Assembly (NCBI GenBank): GCA_913776825.1
Contig: CAJYPV010000009.1
Coordinates: 5,357-69,356 of the forward strand
Origin: Burkholderiaceae bacterium
GTDB lineage: Bacteria; Pseudomonadota; Gammaproteobacteria; Burkholderiales; Burkholderiaceae_C
DNA length: 64,000 nucleotides
Direction of reading: 5' to 3'
Positions 22,298 through 33,101 of the stretch are shown in pieces. Positions within the stretch are counted from its first letter, which is position 1. The number at the start of each line of letters is the position of its first letter. The translations under genes and the position numbers were made by a program. The notes below the pieces were generated by a model. That model worked only from the letters and a program-made list of their open reading frames with translations. It had not been told where the DNA came from and searched no databases.

Positions 22298-22352
22298 GAT
22301 CAGGCGACGATCAAGCGACGATCAGGCGACGGTCGGGCGTCGTTCAGGCGAC
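22298..22352. repeat. 11-bp tandem repeat, 5 units (GATCAGGCGAC consensus)
   Basis: Units are gatcaggcgac / gatcaagcgac / gatcaggcgac / ggtcgggcgtc / gttcaggcgac. The array fills most of the 73-nt argB-HAD spacer. Confidence 0.8.
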
Positions 22353-22365
22353 AAGCGGATCCGGC

Positions 22366-23280
22366 TCAATGCGAGCGGATCATCGTGCCGTAAGCCTTCT
22401 CGGAAAGGATTTCCAGCAGCATCGCATGCGGCACCCGGCCGTCGATGATGTGGACCGCCTTCACGCCGCTGCGGGCGGCGTCCAGCGCCGAGGCGATCTT
22501 CGGCAGCATGCCGCCGGACAGGGTGCCGTCGGCAAACAGCTCGTCGATTTCACGGGCCGACAGATCTGTCAGCAGATTGCCTTGCTTGTCGAGCACGCCC
22601 GGGGTGTTGGTCAGCAGCACCAGCTTCTCGGCCTTCAGCACTTCGGCCAGCTTGCCGGCGACCACATCCGCGTTGATGTTGTAGCTCTCGTTGCTTTCGC
22701 CGAAACCGATGGGGCTGATCACTGGAATGAACTGGTCGTCCTGCAGCGCCTTCACCACGCTCGGGTCGATGGCGACGATGTCGCCCACCGAACCGACGTC
22801 ATGTTCCTTGGACGGATCGTCCTTGTCGACCAGCTTGAGCTTCTTGGCGCGGATCATCCCGCCATCGCGGCCGGTCAGGCCCACGGCCTTGCCGCCCGCC
22901 ACATTGATCAGGCCGACGATGTCCTGCTGCACCTCGCCGGCCAGCACCCATTCGACCACGCTCATGGTCTCTTCATCGGTCACCCGCATGCCCTGAATGA
23001 AGTGGCCCTTCTTGCCGAGCTTGTTGAGCGCGTCCTCGATCTGCGGACCGCCGCCATGCACCACCACCGGGTTCAGGCCGACCAGCTTGAGCAGCACCAC
23101 GTCTTCGGCGAAGTCCTGCTGCAGCGCGGGGTCGGTCATCGCATTGCCGCCGTACTTGATGACGATGGTTTTGCCGTGGTATTTGCGGATGTAGGGCAGC
23201 GCCTGGGACAGCAGCTCGGCCTTGTCGCGGGGCGAGATGTGGCCGAGATCGGCATCGTGAACGGGGAGCTCTTGCTTCAT
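22366..23280 (-). CDS. argB: Acetylglutamate kinase
   Basis: Start [13 protein letters not shown] (ATG 23280). Reads [19 protein letters not shown] and [12 protein letters not shown]. Confidence 0.95.
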   Translation of the reverse strand: MKQELPVHDADLGHISPRDKAELLSQALPYIRKYHGKTIVIKYGGNAMTDPALQQDFAEDVVLLKLVGLNPVVVHGGGPQIEDALNKLGKKGHFIQGMRVTDEETMSVVEWVLAGEVQQDIVGLINVAGGKAVGLTGRDGGMIRAKKLKLVDKDDPSKEHDVGSVGDIVAIDPSVVKALQDDQFIPVISPIGFGESNESYNINADVVAGKLAEVLKAEKLVLLTNTPGVLDKQGNLLTDLSAREIDELFADGTLSGGMLPKIASALDAARSGVKAVHIIDGRVPHAMLLEILSEKAYGTMIRSH

Positions 23281-23407
23281 GGTGCGGTCCGTGGCTGGCG
23301 CAAGGCCAAGGGAATGACGGAAAGGGTGGAACGCGCCAGGCGGATTCGGTCCACCGGAGCCGCAATCTTTGGCGCGCAGCGATTGTAGGACCGGCAAAAT
23401 CAGCGCC

Positions 23408-24417
23408 ATGCAAGTACAGCACTACCTGAAGCTCTCGGTGGTCGTCGCGCTGGTCACGATCGCCCTGAAGACCGCCGCCTGGTGGTGGACCGGCTCGGTG
23501 GGCCTGCTGTCGGACGCCCTGGAATCGCTGGTCAACCTGGCCGGCGCGCTCTTCGGCCTGGCGATGGTCACCATCGCCCGACGCCCACCGGACGACGACC
23601 ATCCCTACGGCCACCACAAGGCCGAATATTTCTCCAGCGCCTTCGAAGGCGCGTTGATCCTGGTCGCCGCGCTGGGCATCGGCTGGACCGCCATCGATCG
23701 ATTCCGCACGCCCGCGCCGCTGGAGCAACTCGGCCTGGGCATGGCGCTGTCCCTGATCAGCACCGTCATCAACGGTGTGCTCGCCTGGGCGATGCTCAAG
23801 GCCGCGCGCAGCCATCGCTCGATTGCGCTGGAGGCGGATGCGCGGCATCTGTTCACCGATGTCTGGACCTCGGTCGGCGTGGTCGCCGGGCTGATCGGCG
23901 TGATGCTGACCGGCTGGGCCTGGCTGGATCCGCTGCTGGCGCTGCTGGTCGCCGCCAACATCCTGCGCGAGGCCGTGCACCTGATGAGCCGCTCCACCGG
24001 CGGCCTGATGGACCAGGCCCTGTCGTCGGAGGAGCAGCAATCCATCGCCGGCGTGCTGGCGAGCTTCAGCGGCCCCGACCTGCGGTTTGACCATGTCGCC
24101 ACCCGCGTCGCCGGTCAACGCCGGTATGTGGACCTTCATCTGCACTTGCCGGCCCGCTGGACGCTGGGTCAGGCGGCGGCCTTGCGCGGCGACGTCGAAC
24201 GCGCCCTGATGCGCACCCTGCCCGGTCTGCGCGCGAGCATCCAGTTGCTGCCGATCAACGTGGAGACGCGCTTCGAGGAAGTCGAGCGGGAAATGCAGGC
24301 CGAGCGCGACGCCGAAGCCAGCGCGGCTGCCATACCGCCGCCCGACACGCCCTCTCATCCCACGGGCGCTTCGCCGCTCGCCACCCCGTCCCTGCCGTCC
24401 GAACCGGTTTCCCGCCC

Positions 24418-24421
<4 letters not shown>
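23408..24421 (+). CDS. Cation diffusion facilitator (FieF/CzcD-like) transporter
   Basis: Start [13 protein letters not shown] (ATG 23408). Reads [12 protein letters not shown] and [10 protein letters not shown], with six TM segments and a C-terminal cytoplasmic domain. Confidence 0.88.
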
Positions 24422-24855
<434 letters not shown>

Positions 24856-24939
24856 ATCGGCGGGACGGTCGCGCATGGCCGTCCCGCTTCCTTTGTCTTT
24901 CTCATTCATCCCGATGCAGGGATGCACCAGGAGTCTTTC

Positions 24940-25323
24940 ATGATCAGCTACGTCACCTTGGGCAGCAACGACCGGGTCAAGTCCAAGGCGTTTTACGACG
25001 CGGTGCTGGCACCGCTGGGCCTGACGGCCGGTTATGCGGACGACGAGATGGTCGGCTACGGTCCGACCGGTGGCGAAGCGCAGCTGTGGGTGATGCGTCC
25101 CTACAACCAGCTGGACGCGACCTCCGGCAACGGCGTCACGCTGGGCCTGGCGGCGTCCAGCCGGGCGCAGGTCGATGCGGCCCATGCCGCCGCGCTGGCG
25201 AATGGCGGTCGCGACGAAGGCCGGCCGGGATTGCGGGAGATCTATGGCCCGAATGTCTACGTCGGCTACTTCCGCGATCCGGATGGCAACAAGCTGTCGG
25301 TGATGTGCAAGGCGCCGGCGTGA
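24940..25323 (+). CDS. VOC (glyoxalase/bleomycin-resistance fold) family protein
   Basis: Start MISYVTLGSND, preceded by AGGAG 6 nt upstream. The C-terminal end, YFRDPDGNKL, is typical of VOC proteins. Confidence 0.8.
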   Translation: MISYVTLGSNDRVKSKAFYDAVLAPLGLTAGYADDEMVGYGPTGGEAQLWVMRPYNQLDATSGNGVTLGLAASSRAQVDAAHAAALANGGRDEGRPGLREIYGPNVYVGYFRDPDGNKLSVMCKAPA

Positions 25324-25418
25324 GCGGCAGGTGACCTGCTCGCGACCTGGAGGGCCGCGCCTCAGCTGACAGGCTTCCGATGGCGGCTCGCAGCGAGCCG
25401 CTCATGACGCCATCCAAG

Positions 25419-25444
25419 AAAAAACCCGCCGAGGCGGGTTTTTC
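25419..25444. terminator. Bidirectional intrinsic terminator
   Basis: AAAAAA-CCCGCC-GA-GGCGGG-TTTTT lies between the convergent VOC (+) and Bug (-) genes. Confidence 0.7.
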
Positions 25445-25517
25445 GCTTTCCAGGCCGATCCACAGGCAGGCCGGGATCGAGGGCGCCGTCAGCGCCCCAG
25501 TGCAGGGTGATCGACGC

Positions 25518-26483
25518 TTATTCCGCGTACTGACCGGCCGCCTTGATGACCGGGCCCCACTTGTTGATTTCGGCCTCGACGAACTTCTTGTGCTCGGCGG
25601 GATTGACGCGGCCGTCGGTCACGATCACCGCACCGAGTGCTTCTTCACGCTTGCGGAAGTCGGCGTCCTTGAGGGCCGTCTTCAGCGCGGTGTTGATCTT
25701 TTCGAGCACCGGCTTGGGCGTGTTCTTCGGCGCATACAGGCCGTGCCAGATGGTCACGTTGAAGCCCTTCATGCCGGACTCTTCCAGCGTGGGCAGCTTG
25801 GCCAGATTGCCACCGAGGCGCTTGGTCGTCGTCACGGCATAGGCCTTGACCTTGCCGGTGTCGATCTGGCTGGTGGTGTTGGTGGTCTGGTCGCACATGA
25901 AGTCGACCTGGCCGCCGATCAGATCGGTCATCGCCGGGCCGGTGCCCTTGTAGGGCACGGTGGTCATGTCGACCTTCAGCGTGCTTTGGTAGATCAGGCC
26001 ACACAGATGCGAGGCCGAACCGAGGCCGGCGTTGGCCAGGTTGATCTTGCCCTTGTTGGACTCGATCCACTTGAGGAATTCGGCGTAGTTGTTGGCCGGC
26101 AGCGAGGGCCGGGCAATCAGCGTCATCGGCACTTCATTGATGAGGCCGAGGTATTCGAAGTCGTCCAGCGTCTTGTATTGCAGGTTGCGGTAGAGCGCCG
26201 GCGAGGTGGCCATGCCGATGTGATGCAGCAGCAGGGTGTAGCCATCGGGAGAGGCCTTGGACACCTTGGTGGCGCCCAGCGTGCCGCCGGCGCCGCCGAC
26301 GTTCTCGATCACGATGGTGGCATTCAAGGGCTTGCGCAGCGCTTCGGCCAGATCCCGCGCCACCTTGTCGGTCGGACCACCGGCCGCGAACGGCACCACG
26401 ATGGTCAACGGCTTCTCCGGGTAGTCGGCCCAGGCGGCACCGACACTGAACGCCGCAACGCAAGCGAGCAAGGTCTTTTTCAT
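25518..26483 (-). CDS. Bug-family (TctC-like) tripartite tricarboxylate transporter substrate-binding protein
   Basis: Has a signal peptide, then DYPEKPLTIVVPFAAGGPTDKVAR...GGAGGTLG...PDGYTLLL. Confidence 0.9.
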   Translation of the reverse strand: MKKTLLACVAAFSVGAAWADYPEKPLTIVVPFAAGGPTDKVARDLAEALRKPLNATIVIENVGGAGGTLGATKVSKASPDGYTLLLHHIGMATSPALYRNLQYKTLDDFEYLGLINEVPMTLIARPSLPANNYAEFLKWIESNKGKINLANAGLGSASHLCGLIYQSTLKVDMTTVPYKGTGPAMTDLIGGQVDFMCDQTTNTTSQIDTGKVKAYAVTTTKRLGGNLAKLPTLEESGMKGFNVTIWHGLYAPKNTPKPVLEKINTALKTALKDADFRKREEALGAVIVTDGRVNPAEHKKFVEAEINKWGPVIKAAGQYAE

Positions 26484-26676
26484 GGCGTCTCTTCCTCAAG
26501 AGTGGTGTGGATGGCGGCGATGCTAGAGCCAGTGCCTCAAGTGCAACTAGCGGAAACTACGTAAGGTGCTTCCCGTGGATCCTGTGGGGGAGCGCTCTAC
26601 ACAGTTCCGGCACCGTCGGGGATCGGTCGATGCCCGGCGAAAAAATCGCACTCGCGCAAAGTGAGTCCCGCCACCC

Positions 26677-27984
26677 TCAATCCAATCGCCGCAAATCCTC
26701 GATCACCTTCCCGTCATTCGCCAGACTGCCCGGCGGCAGGAGCGCGACGTCGCCGCGCAGCTTGGTGACGTCCCTCAGCGCGTCGGCCAGACGATCGGCC
26801 AGGCCCTCGGCGGCGGGGCTGGACAACTCGACCTGCAGCGTCATCCGGTCCTGCGCGAGTTCGCCCTCGATGAGCAGACGGCCGCGATCGATCTCCGGGA
26901 AGCGCTTCAGCACGGTGGCGATCTGGCTGGCGTGAACGAACATGCCACGCACCTTCGCGCTCTGATCGGCCCGGCCCAGCCAGCCGCGAATGCGGGTGTT
27001 GGTGCGGCCCGTCGGGCATCGGCCCGGCAGCAGCGCGGACAGGTCACCCGTGCCGAAACGGATCAGCGGATAGTCGGAATTGAGCGTGGTCACGACCAGC
27101 TCGCCGACCTCGCCCTCCGCCACCGGATCGCCGGTGCCGGGACGGACGATTTCCACGATCACCGACTCGTCCAGCACCAGGCCTTCGCGCGCCTGGGTTT
27201 CATAGGCGATCAAGCCGAGGTCGGCCGTGGCGTAGCACTGAAAGGCGGCAATGCCGCGCTCGATCAGCCAATCCCGCAAAGCGGCCGGAAAGGCTTCGCC
27301 GCTGACCAGCGCCTTCTGCAGCGGCAGGGTCAGGCCTTGCTGCTCGGCTCGCTCGACCAGGATCTTCAGGAAGCTCGGCGTGCCGACATACGCCTGCGGC
27401 TGCAGATCGGTCATCGCCTGCAGCTGCAGCTCGGTGTTGCCGACACCCGCCGGGAACACGGTGCAGCCGATCGCTTCGGCGCCGCACTCCATCATCGCGC
27501 CGGCCGGCGTCAGGTGATAGCTGAAGCTGTTGTGCACCAGCTCGCCCGCGCGCAGCCCGGCGGCATGCAGCGCGCGCGCCATGCGCCAGCCATCGCGGCC
27601 CCAGCCTTGCGGCTCGTAGATCGGACCGGGCGACTGGAACACGCGACGCGCGCCCAGGCTGCGGCGCAGTCCGGTCCAGCCGACGGCCGACAGCCCGCCG
27701 AACGGATCGGCGGGGGTGTCGGCGCGGGCGGATTGCTGTCGCGCGGCCAGGTCCGATTTGCGCAGCACGGGCAGCGTCGCGAGCGCCGCCCGGCTGTTGA
27801 TCTGCGCGGGCTGGATGTCGGCCAGCAACTGGGCGAAGGCGTCGGTAGCGGCGCGGGCATGGGCGATCTGCTGGGGCAGCGCGGCCATCAGCCGCGTTTC
27901 CCGCACCGACGGATCCTGGGCTTCCAAGCCATCGAAATGGGCGAAGAACTGGGCATTGGCGCCCGGAGTGGCGGCGGCGGCCAT
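26677..27984 (-). CDS. Phenylacetate-CoA ligase-like adenylate-forming enzyme
   Basis: Start MAAAATPGANAQFF (ATG 27984), sharing 1 nt with the stop of the upstream small ORF. It has the PaaK-like layout (GTPSF, YATADLG, RFGTGD) seen beside Liv-type ABC clusters. Confidence 0.8.
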   Translation of the reverse strand: MAAAATPGANAQFFAHFDGLEAQDPSVRETRLMAALPQQIAHARAATDAFAQLLADIQPAQINSRAALATLPVLRKSDLAARQQSARADTPADPFGGLSAVGWTGLRRSLGARRVFQSPGPIYEPQGWGRDGWRMARALHAAGLRAGELVHNSFSYHLTPAGAMMECGAEAIGCTVFPAGVGNTELQLQAMTDLQPQAYVGTPSFLKILVERAEQQGLTLPLQKALVSGEAFPAALRDWLIERGIAAFQCYATADLGLIAYETQAREGLVLDESVIVEIVRPGTGDPVAEGEVGELVVTTLNSDYPLIRFGTGDLSALLPGRCPTGRTNTRIRGWLGRADQSAKVRGMFVHASQIATVLKRFPEIDRGRLLIEGELAQDRMTLQVELSSPAAEGLADRLADALRDVTKLRGDVALLPPGSLANDGKVIEDLRRLD

Positions 27985-28283
27985 CACTCGTCCGCCCAGC
28001 TCGCCAGACGGCGCTTGATGTCGTCCTGAAGCTTGCGAACGTCGGCGGCATTGCGGCAGGTGTAGCTGTCCCAATCGGGACTGCGCGCGAGCTTGCGGGC
28101 CAGCTTCGCGGTGATCTGACCGTCGGCGGCCTGGAGCGACAGCATGTCGTGCCCATCGACGCTGTAAGCGCCGCCGCGCTCCGTCAGCCCTTTCAGGTCG
28201 CGCAAGGCGCGTCGGAGCTGCACCAAGGCGTCGTCGGCCTTGAACGGCGGCAACGCGAAGAAGTCCTGGTTCTCACTGCTCAT
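27984..28283 (-). CDS. Small hypothetical protein (99 aa), translationally coupled to the PaaK-like ligase
   Basis: GAGGAG lies 4 nt upstream of the ATG, GC3 is high, and the stop shares 1 nt with the start of the next gene. No recognisable motif. Confidence 0.6.
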   Translation of the reverse strand: MSSENQDFFALPPFKADDALVQLRRALRDLKGLTERGGAYSVDGHDMLSLQAADGQITAKLARKLARSPDWDSYTCRNAADVRKLQDDIKRRLASWADE

Positions 28284-28555
28284 CGCGACTCCTCATCCTC
28301 ATTCACATCAGGCGAATGCCTGCTCCCTCGTTCCGCAGCCCCTGTCCGGGCGGCCTCTTCGGAACGACCCCACATCGCCACCCGAGCGTGCCGCCTTTGG
28401 CGCGCATCCGCAAGCGCCCAGCGTCCCGTGCTTCTGCATTCGCGAGGATGCCGACACGGGGCCGCCTCCACCCAACGGGCCACGCTCGTGGAGCAGCTGG
28501 TTCAGGCAATCGAACGTACCCCATCACTGAGCGGCCGTCAGCCCTCAAGGCGGAG

Positions 28556-29518
28556 TCAAACCCAGCGCTTGCGACGCCGATAGCTTTTCACATCCCGGAA
28601 GCTCTTGCGGTCCGTGCCGCCCATGCCGAGGTAGAACTCCCGCACATCCTCGTTCTCCCGCAAGGCCGCAGCGGCGCCGTCCATCACCACCCGGCCGCTC
28701 TCCAGGATGTAGCCGTAGTCGGCATAGCGCAGCGCCATGCGGGTGTTCTGCTCGGCCACGAGGAAAGTGGTGCGCTCCTTCTGATTGAGGTCCCGCACGA
28801 TCTCGAAGACCTCCTCGACGATCTGCGGCGCCAGCCCCATCGAGGGCTCGTCCAGCAGCACCATCGTCGGATTGGCCATCAGCGCCCGGCCGATGGCGCA
28901 CATCTGCTGCTCGCCGCCCGAGGTGTAGGCCGCCTGCGAGGCCCGCCGGGTTTTCAGCCGGGGGAAGTAGGCATAGACCTTCTCCAGCGTGTGCGCGATC
29001 GCCGCCTGGCCGTCGGTGCGGGTGTAGGCGCCGGTCAGCAGGTTTTCTTCGATCGAGAGATGCGCGAAGCAATGCCGTCCCTCCATCACCTGCACCACCC
29101 CGCGCCGCACCAGCTCGGACGGCGTGAGCCGCTCGATCCGCTCGCCGCGCAAGGCGATGTGGCCCTTGGTCACCTCGCCGCGCTCGCCGGCGAGCAGATT
29201 GGAGATGGCGCGCAAGGTCGTCGTCTTGCCGGCGCCATTGCCGCCCAGCAAGGCCACCACCCCGCCTTCCGGCACCTGCAGCGACACGCCCTTGAGCACC
29301 AGGATCACGTGGTGATAGATGACCTCGATGCCATTGACCTCCAGCAGGGTCGGCGCCAACGCGGCGGACGGCCCGTCGGGACGGGCGCCGGCCGCGAGGT
29401 CGGCATGAGCGCCAGGCCGCGCCGGGTCGGGCGCATCGGGCGAGGTCAACGCCGTCGACGATGACGACGGTGGCGACGCTATCGACGGTGAGGAAGAAGA
29501 TGACGGCAACGACGACAT
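28556..29518 (-). CDS. Branched-chain amino-acid-type ABC transporter ATP-binding protein (LivF-like)
   Basis: Has GGNGAGKTTT, the signature SGGEQQM and LLDEPSMGL. There is a Ser/Pro-rich N-terminal extension of about 58 aa if ATG 29518 is used; a TTG near 29350 is a possible shorter start. Confidence 0.88.
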   Translation of the reverse strand: MSSLPSSSSSPSIASPPSSSSTALTSPDAPDPARPGAHADLAAGARPDGPSAALAPTLLEVNGIEVIYHHVILVLKGVSLQVPEGGVVALLGGNGAGKTTTLRAISNLLAGERGEVTKGHIALRGERIERLTPSELVRRGVVQVMEGRHCFAHLSIEENLLTGAYTRTDGQAAIAHTLEKVYAYFPRLKTRRASQAAYTSGGEQQMCAIGRALMANPTMVLLDEPSMGLAPQIVEEVFEIVRDLNQKERTTFLVAEQNTRMALRYADYGYILESGRVVMDGAAAALRENEDVREFYLGMGGTDRKSFRDVKSYRRRKRWV

Positions 29519-29531
29519 GGCGCTCCCCGGC

Positions 29532-30893
29532 TCAACCGCAGTTGCGCGGCTTGAGGTTCTTGTCCTTGGCGTACTTCGCGGCGTACTCCTTCACCATCGG
29601 ATCGATGTGGGTCTTGTCCGCCTGGTACCAATCCGACGCGATGTTCCACTTCGCGCCGTCCCACTGGACGATGCGGGCCCAGTCGGTCCCCATGTGATTG
29701 GCGCAACTGGTCTGCACCGGGCGCATCACTTCACCGAAGCCCAGCGCCTTGAGCCGGTCCGCCGTCAGGTTGAGGTTCTCGAAGCCCCAGCGCACCTGCT
29801 CCGGCGTCATCACCTTGCCCTTGCCGAACTTCTCCTGCGCGGTGCGGATCGCCTCCACCTGCAGCATCGAAATCATCATGCCGCGGGTGTGCGCCAGGGT
29901 GCCAACCCCGGTGGCGGGGCCGGTGCCCTGGTTCTTCTCGTAGACGTATTTGCGCAGCTCGTCATGGACCTTGTCCTTGGCCGCGCTGTTGTGCAGCGTG
30001 ATGGCGTTGTAGCCCTTGGCACTCGCGCCCAGGTCCTTCACATCATGGTCGGAGCCGGCCCACCAGATCGCATAGATCTTCTCGCGCGGATAGGCGCTGG
30101 CCTGCGCCTCGCGGATGCCTGCCGGCGTCATCACCCCGGCGGACCAGAACAGCACATAGTCCGGGCGCTGCTGGCGAATCTGGAGCCAGGTCGATTTCTG
30201 CTCCACCCCGGGCGGCGTCACCGGGAAGAGAAGCAGCTCGAAGCCCTCGGCCGCCGCGCGCTTCTGCAGCAGCGGGATCGGCTCCTTGCCGTAGGGGCTG
30301 TCGTGATAGACCAGCGCGATCTTCTTGCCCTTCAGGCTGCCCTTGGTGTTGCCGGTCTCCTTCTTGGCGATGTCCTGCAGCATCACATCGGCCGCGGTCC
30401 AGTAGGTGCCCAGCAGCGGGAAATTCCATTCGAAGACGGTGCCATCGGCCGACTGGGACAATCCATACCCCGGCGTCTCCACCACCACCCGATCGACGAA
30501 GGCCTTGTCGGTCACCGCGAAGGTGATGCCGGTGGACTGGGTGTCGAAGCCCGACGCGCCACCGCCCTTGCCCTTCAGGCGCTCATAACACTCCACGCCC
30601 TTGGCGGCGTCATAGGCGGTCTCGCATTCCTCGAAGGCGAGCTTGACGCCGTTCACGCCGCCATCGCGGGCATTCACCAGTTTCAGGTAGTCCTGCTTGC
30701 CATCGGCCCAGGGCATGCCCAGCGGCGCGAACTGACCGGTGCGATAGACCAGCAGCGGAATGAACTGCTCGGCGCTGGCCGACGCCTGCGCCTGCGCGGC
30801 CCAGGGCAGCGCGGCCGCGACCATCGCGGTCAGCACACCACGCGCGCCACGCACAAACGCGGCCGGGGCAAGGGTCTTGGGCATCATGGGCAT
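29532..30893 (-). CDS. ABC transporter substrate-binding protein (LivK / type 1 PBP family)
   Basis: Start MPMMPKTLAPAAFV, with signal peptide ...ALPWAAQAQA. AGGAGA lies just upstream, and ATG 30887 or 30884 are equally possible starts. The track start (31094) is rejected. Confidence 0.85.
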   Translation of the reverse strand: MPMMPKTLAPAAFVRGARGVLTAMVAAALPWAAQAQASASAEQFIPLLVYRTGQFAPLGMPWADGKQDYLKLVNARDGGVNGVKLAFEECETAYDAAKGVECYERLKGKGGGASGFDTQSTGITFAVTDKAFVDRVVVETPGYGLSQSADGTVFEWNFPLLGTYWTAADVMLQDIAKKETGNTKGSLKGKKIALVYHDSPYGKEPIPLLQKRAAAEGFELLLFPVTPPGVEQKSTWLQIRQQRPDYVLFWSAGVMTPAGIREAQASAYPREKIYAIWWAGSDHDVKDLGASAKGYNAITLHNSAAKDKVHDELRKYVYEKNQGTGPATGVGTLAHTRGMMISMLQVEAIRTAQEKFGKGKVMTPEQVRWGFENLNLTADRLKALGFGEVMRPVQTSCANHMGTDWARIVQWDGAKWNIASDWYQADKTHIDPMVKEYAAKYAKDKNLKPRNCG

Positions 30894-31029
30894 GTCTCCT
30901 GTGAAGGGCACGTCATGCGTGCCCGTGGTGGGTCTTGATCGCCCGGCACGGCACCGTCCGTCCACGGATCGGTGGGGAGCACCAGGCGTCCTGGGGAACG
31001 ATCCATCACGCGCCGCGCCGCGCCGCACG

Positions 31030-32094
31030 TCAATGCGGGAACGGCCACAGCCGCAGCTTCTGCCGCGCCGTGGCCCACAGCCGCGCCAGGCCATGCGGCT
31101 CGACGATCAGGAAGAACACGATCAGCGCGCCGAAGATCATGTGCTCCAGATGCGACGCGGTGGCGGTGGACAGCGGCAATCCCAGCCAGTGCGGCACATG
31201 GTTGAGCAGCAGCGGCAACAGCACGATGAAGGCGGCGCCGAAGAAGGCGCCCGAGATGGAGCCCAGCCCGCCGATGATGATCATGAACAGCAGCTGGAAG
31301 GACTTGTCGATGCCGAAGGCGGCGGGCTCCCAGGCGCCCAGGTGCACGAAGCCCCACAGCGCGCCGGCCACGCCGATGATGAAGCTGCTCACCGCGAAGG
31401 CCGTCAGCTTGGCATGCATCGGCCGGATGCCGATGACCGCGGCGGCGACATCCATGTCGCGCATCGCCATCCATTCCCGACCGATGGCGCCGCGCACCAG
31501 ATTGCGGGTCAGCAGCGCGAACAGCAGCACCAGGCTCAGGCAGAGCAGATAGCGCTGCACCGGCGACTCGAACGACAGCCCCAGCCACTGCAGCGATCCG
31601 ACGCTCACCGACCCCGACGAGGACTCGTTGGTGACCCAGCGCACGCGGTTGGTGAACCAGTCGATGAAGAACTGCGCGGCCAGTGTCGCCACCGCCAGAT
31701 ACAGCCCGCGGATGCGCAGGCTGGGCAGCCCGAACAGCACGCCGAACACCATCGCCGCCAATCCGCCGCCCAGCAGCGACAACGGCAGCGGGAAGCCCTC
31801 GATGCGCGCTTGCAGGTTGAACGCCGCATAGGCGCCCACCGCCATGAAGGCGCCGGTGCCCAGCGAGATCTGTCCGCAATAGCCCACCAGCACATTCAGG
31901 CCCAGCGCCGCCAGCGACAGCACCAGGAAGGGAATCAGCACCGCGCGGAAGAGGTAATCGCTGCCCAGCGCCGGCACCACGCCGAAGGCCAGCACCGCGA
32001 GCGCGGCCATGGCCCAGCGGTCCTGCCGCACCGGGAACATCGCCAGGTCCGCGCGGTAGCTGGTCTTGAACTGTCCGTTTTCACGATAGAGCAC
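31030..32094 (-). CDS. ABC transporter permease (LivM-like)
   Basis: I place the start at GTG 32094 (VLYRENGQFKTSYRADL), with AGGAGA 5 nt upstream. The track ORF extends to 32433, overlapping the next gene. Confidence 0.85.
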   Translation of the reverse strand: MLYRENGQFKTSYRADLAMFPVRQDRWAMAALAVLAFGVVPALGSDYLFRAVLIPFLVLSLAALGLNVLVGYCGQISLGTGAFMAVGAYAAFNLQARIEGFPLPLSLLGGGLAAMVFGVLFGLPSLRIRGLYLAVATLAAQFFIDWFTNRVRWVTNESSSGSVSVGSLQWLGLSFESPVQRYLLCLSLVLLFALLTRNLVRGAIGREWMAMRDMDVAAAVIGIRPMHAKLTAFAVSSFIIGVAGALWGFVHLGAWEPAAFGIDKSFQLLFMIIIGGLGSISGAFFGAAFIVLLPLLLNHVPHWLGLPLSTATASHLEHMIFGALIVFFLIVEPHGLARLWATARQKLRLWPFPH

Positions 32095-32123
32095 CGGAAG
32101 TCTCCTGGAAGGTCCGGACCGCG

Positions 32124-33053
32124 TCAGACGCGATCGATGATCTTGTCGCCGAACAGGCCTTGCGGTCGCACCAGCAGCAGCGCCAGCGCGAGCACATAGG
32201 CGAACCAGTTCTCGATGCCGCCGCCGATCGACGGGCCGAGGTAGATCTCCGACAGCTTCTCGCCCACGCCGATGATCAGCCCGCCCACGATCGCGCCCGG
32301 CACCGAGGTCAGTCCGCCGAGGATCACCACCGGAAACGCCTTCAGCGCCACCAGCGAGATCGAGAACTGCACCCCGAGCTTGCTGCCCCAGATGATGCCG
32401 GCCACCAGCGCCACCAGGCCGCCGACCGACCACACGATCACCCAGATCCGCGACAGCGCGATGCCGACCGACTGCGCCGCCTGATGGTCATCCGCCACCG
32501 CGCGCAGCGCTCGACCGGTGCGGGTCTTCTGGAAGAACAGCGTCAGCAGGCCGACCAGCAGCGCGGCGATCACGGCGGAGTAGAGGTCTTCCTTGTTGAG
32601 CAGCAGCCCGCCGGGGAAGGCGTTTTCCAGCACGAACATCGGCTCTTTCGGCAGGCCGACCTCGATCTTGTAGGCGGCGCTGCCGAACAGCAGCTGACCG
32701 GCGCCATCCAGGAAATAGCTGATGCCCAGCGTGGCCATCAGCAAGGTGATCGCGGGCTGGTTGACCAGGCCGCGCAGCGCCCAGCGCTCCACCGCCCAGG
32801 CCACCGCCACCATGCAGGCCATGCTGGCCAGCACCGCCAGGCCATTGGCCAGCCACAGGCTGTCGAAGCCGAACCAGAGCGGGAACCATTCCGAGAAACG
32901 TGCCATCGCCAGCGCGGCGAACAGCACCATCGCGCCCTGCGCGAAGTTGAAGACGCCGGACGCCTTGAAGATCAGCACGAAGCCGAGCGCCACCAGCGCA
33001 TACAGCATGCCGGTCATCAGGCCGCCGATCAGGGTTTCGAGGAAGAAGGCCAT
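32124..33053 (-). CDS. ABC transporter permease (LivH-like)
   Basis: Reads MAFFLETLIGGLMTGMLYALVALGFVLIFKASGVFNFAQG. Confidence 0.9.
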   Translation of the reverse strand: MAFFLETLIGGLMTGMLYALVALGFVLIFKASGVFNFAQGAMVLFAALAMARFSEWFPLWFGFDSLWLANGLAVLASMACMVAVAWAVERWALRGLVNQPAITLLMATLGISYFLDGAGQLLFGSAAYKIEVGLPKEPMFVLENAFPGGLLLNKEDLYSAVIAALLVGLLTLFFQKTRTGRALRAVADDHQAAQSVGIALSRIWVIVWSVGGLVALVAGIIWGSKLGVQFSISLVALKAFPVVILGGLTSVPGAIVGGLIIGVGEKLSEIYLGPSIGGGIENWFAYVLALALLLVRPQGLFGDKIIDRV

Positions 33054-33101
33054 GGGCTCGGGCTCCGTTCAATCGCGGGTCGGTCGCGGGTCGGTCGCGG
33101 G

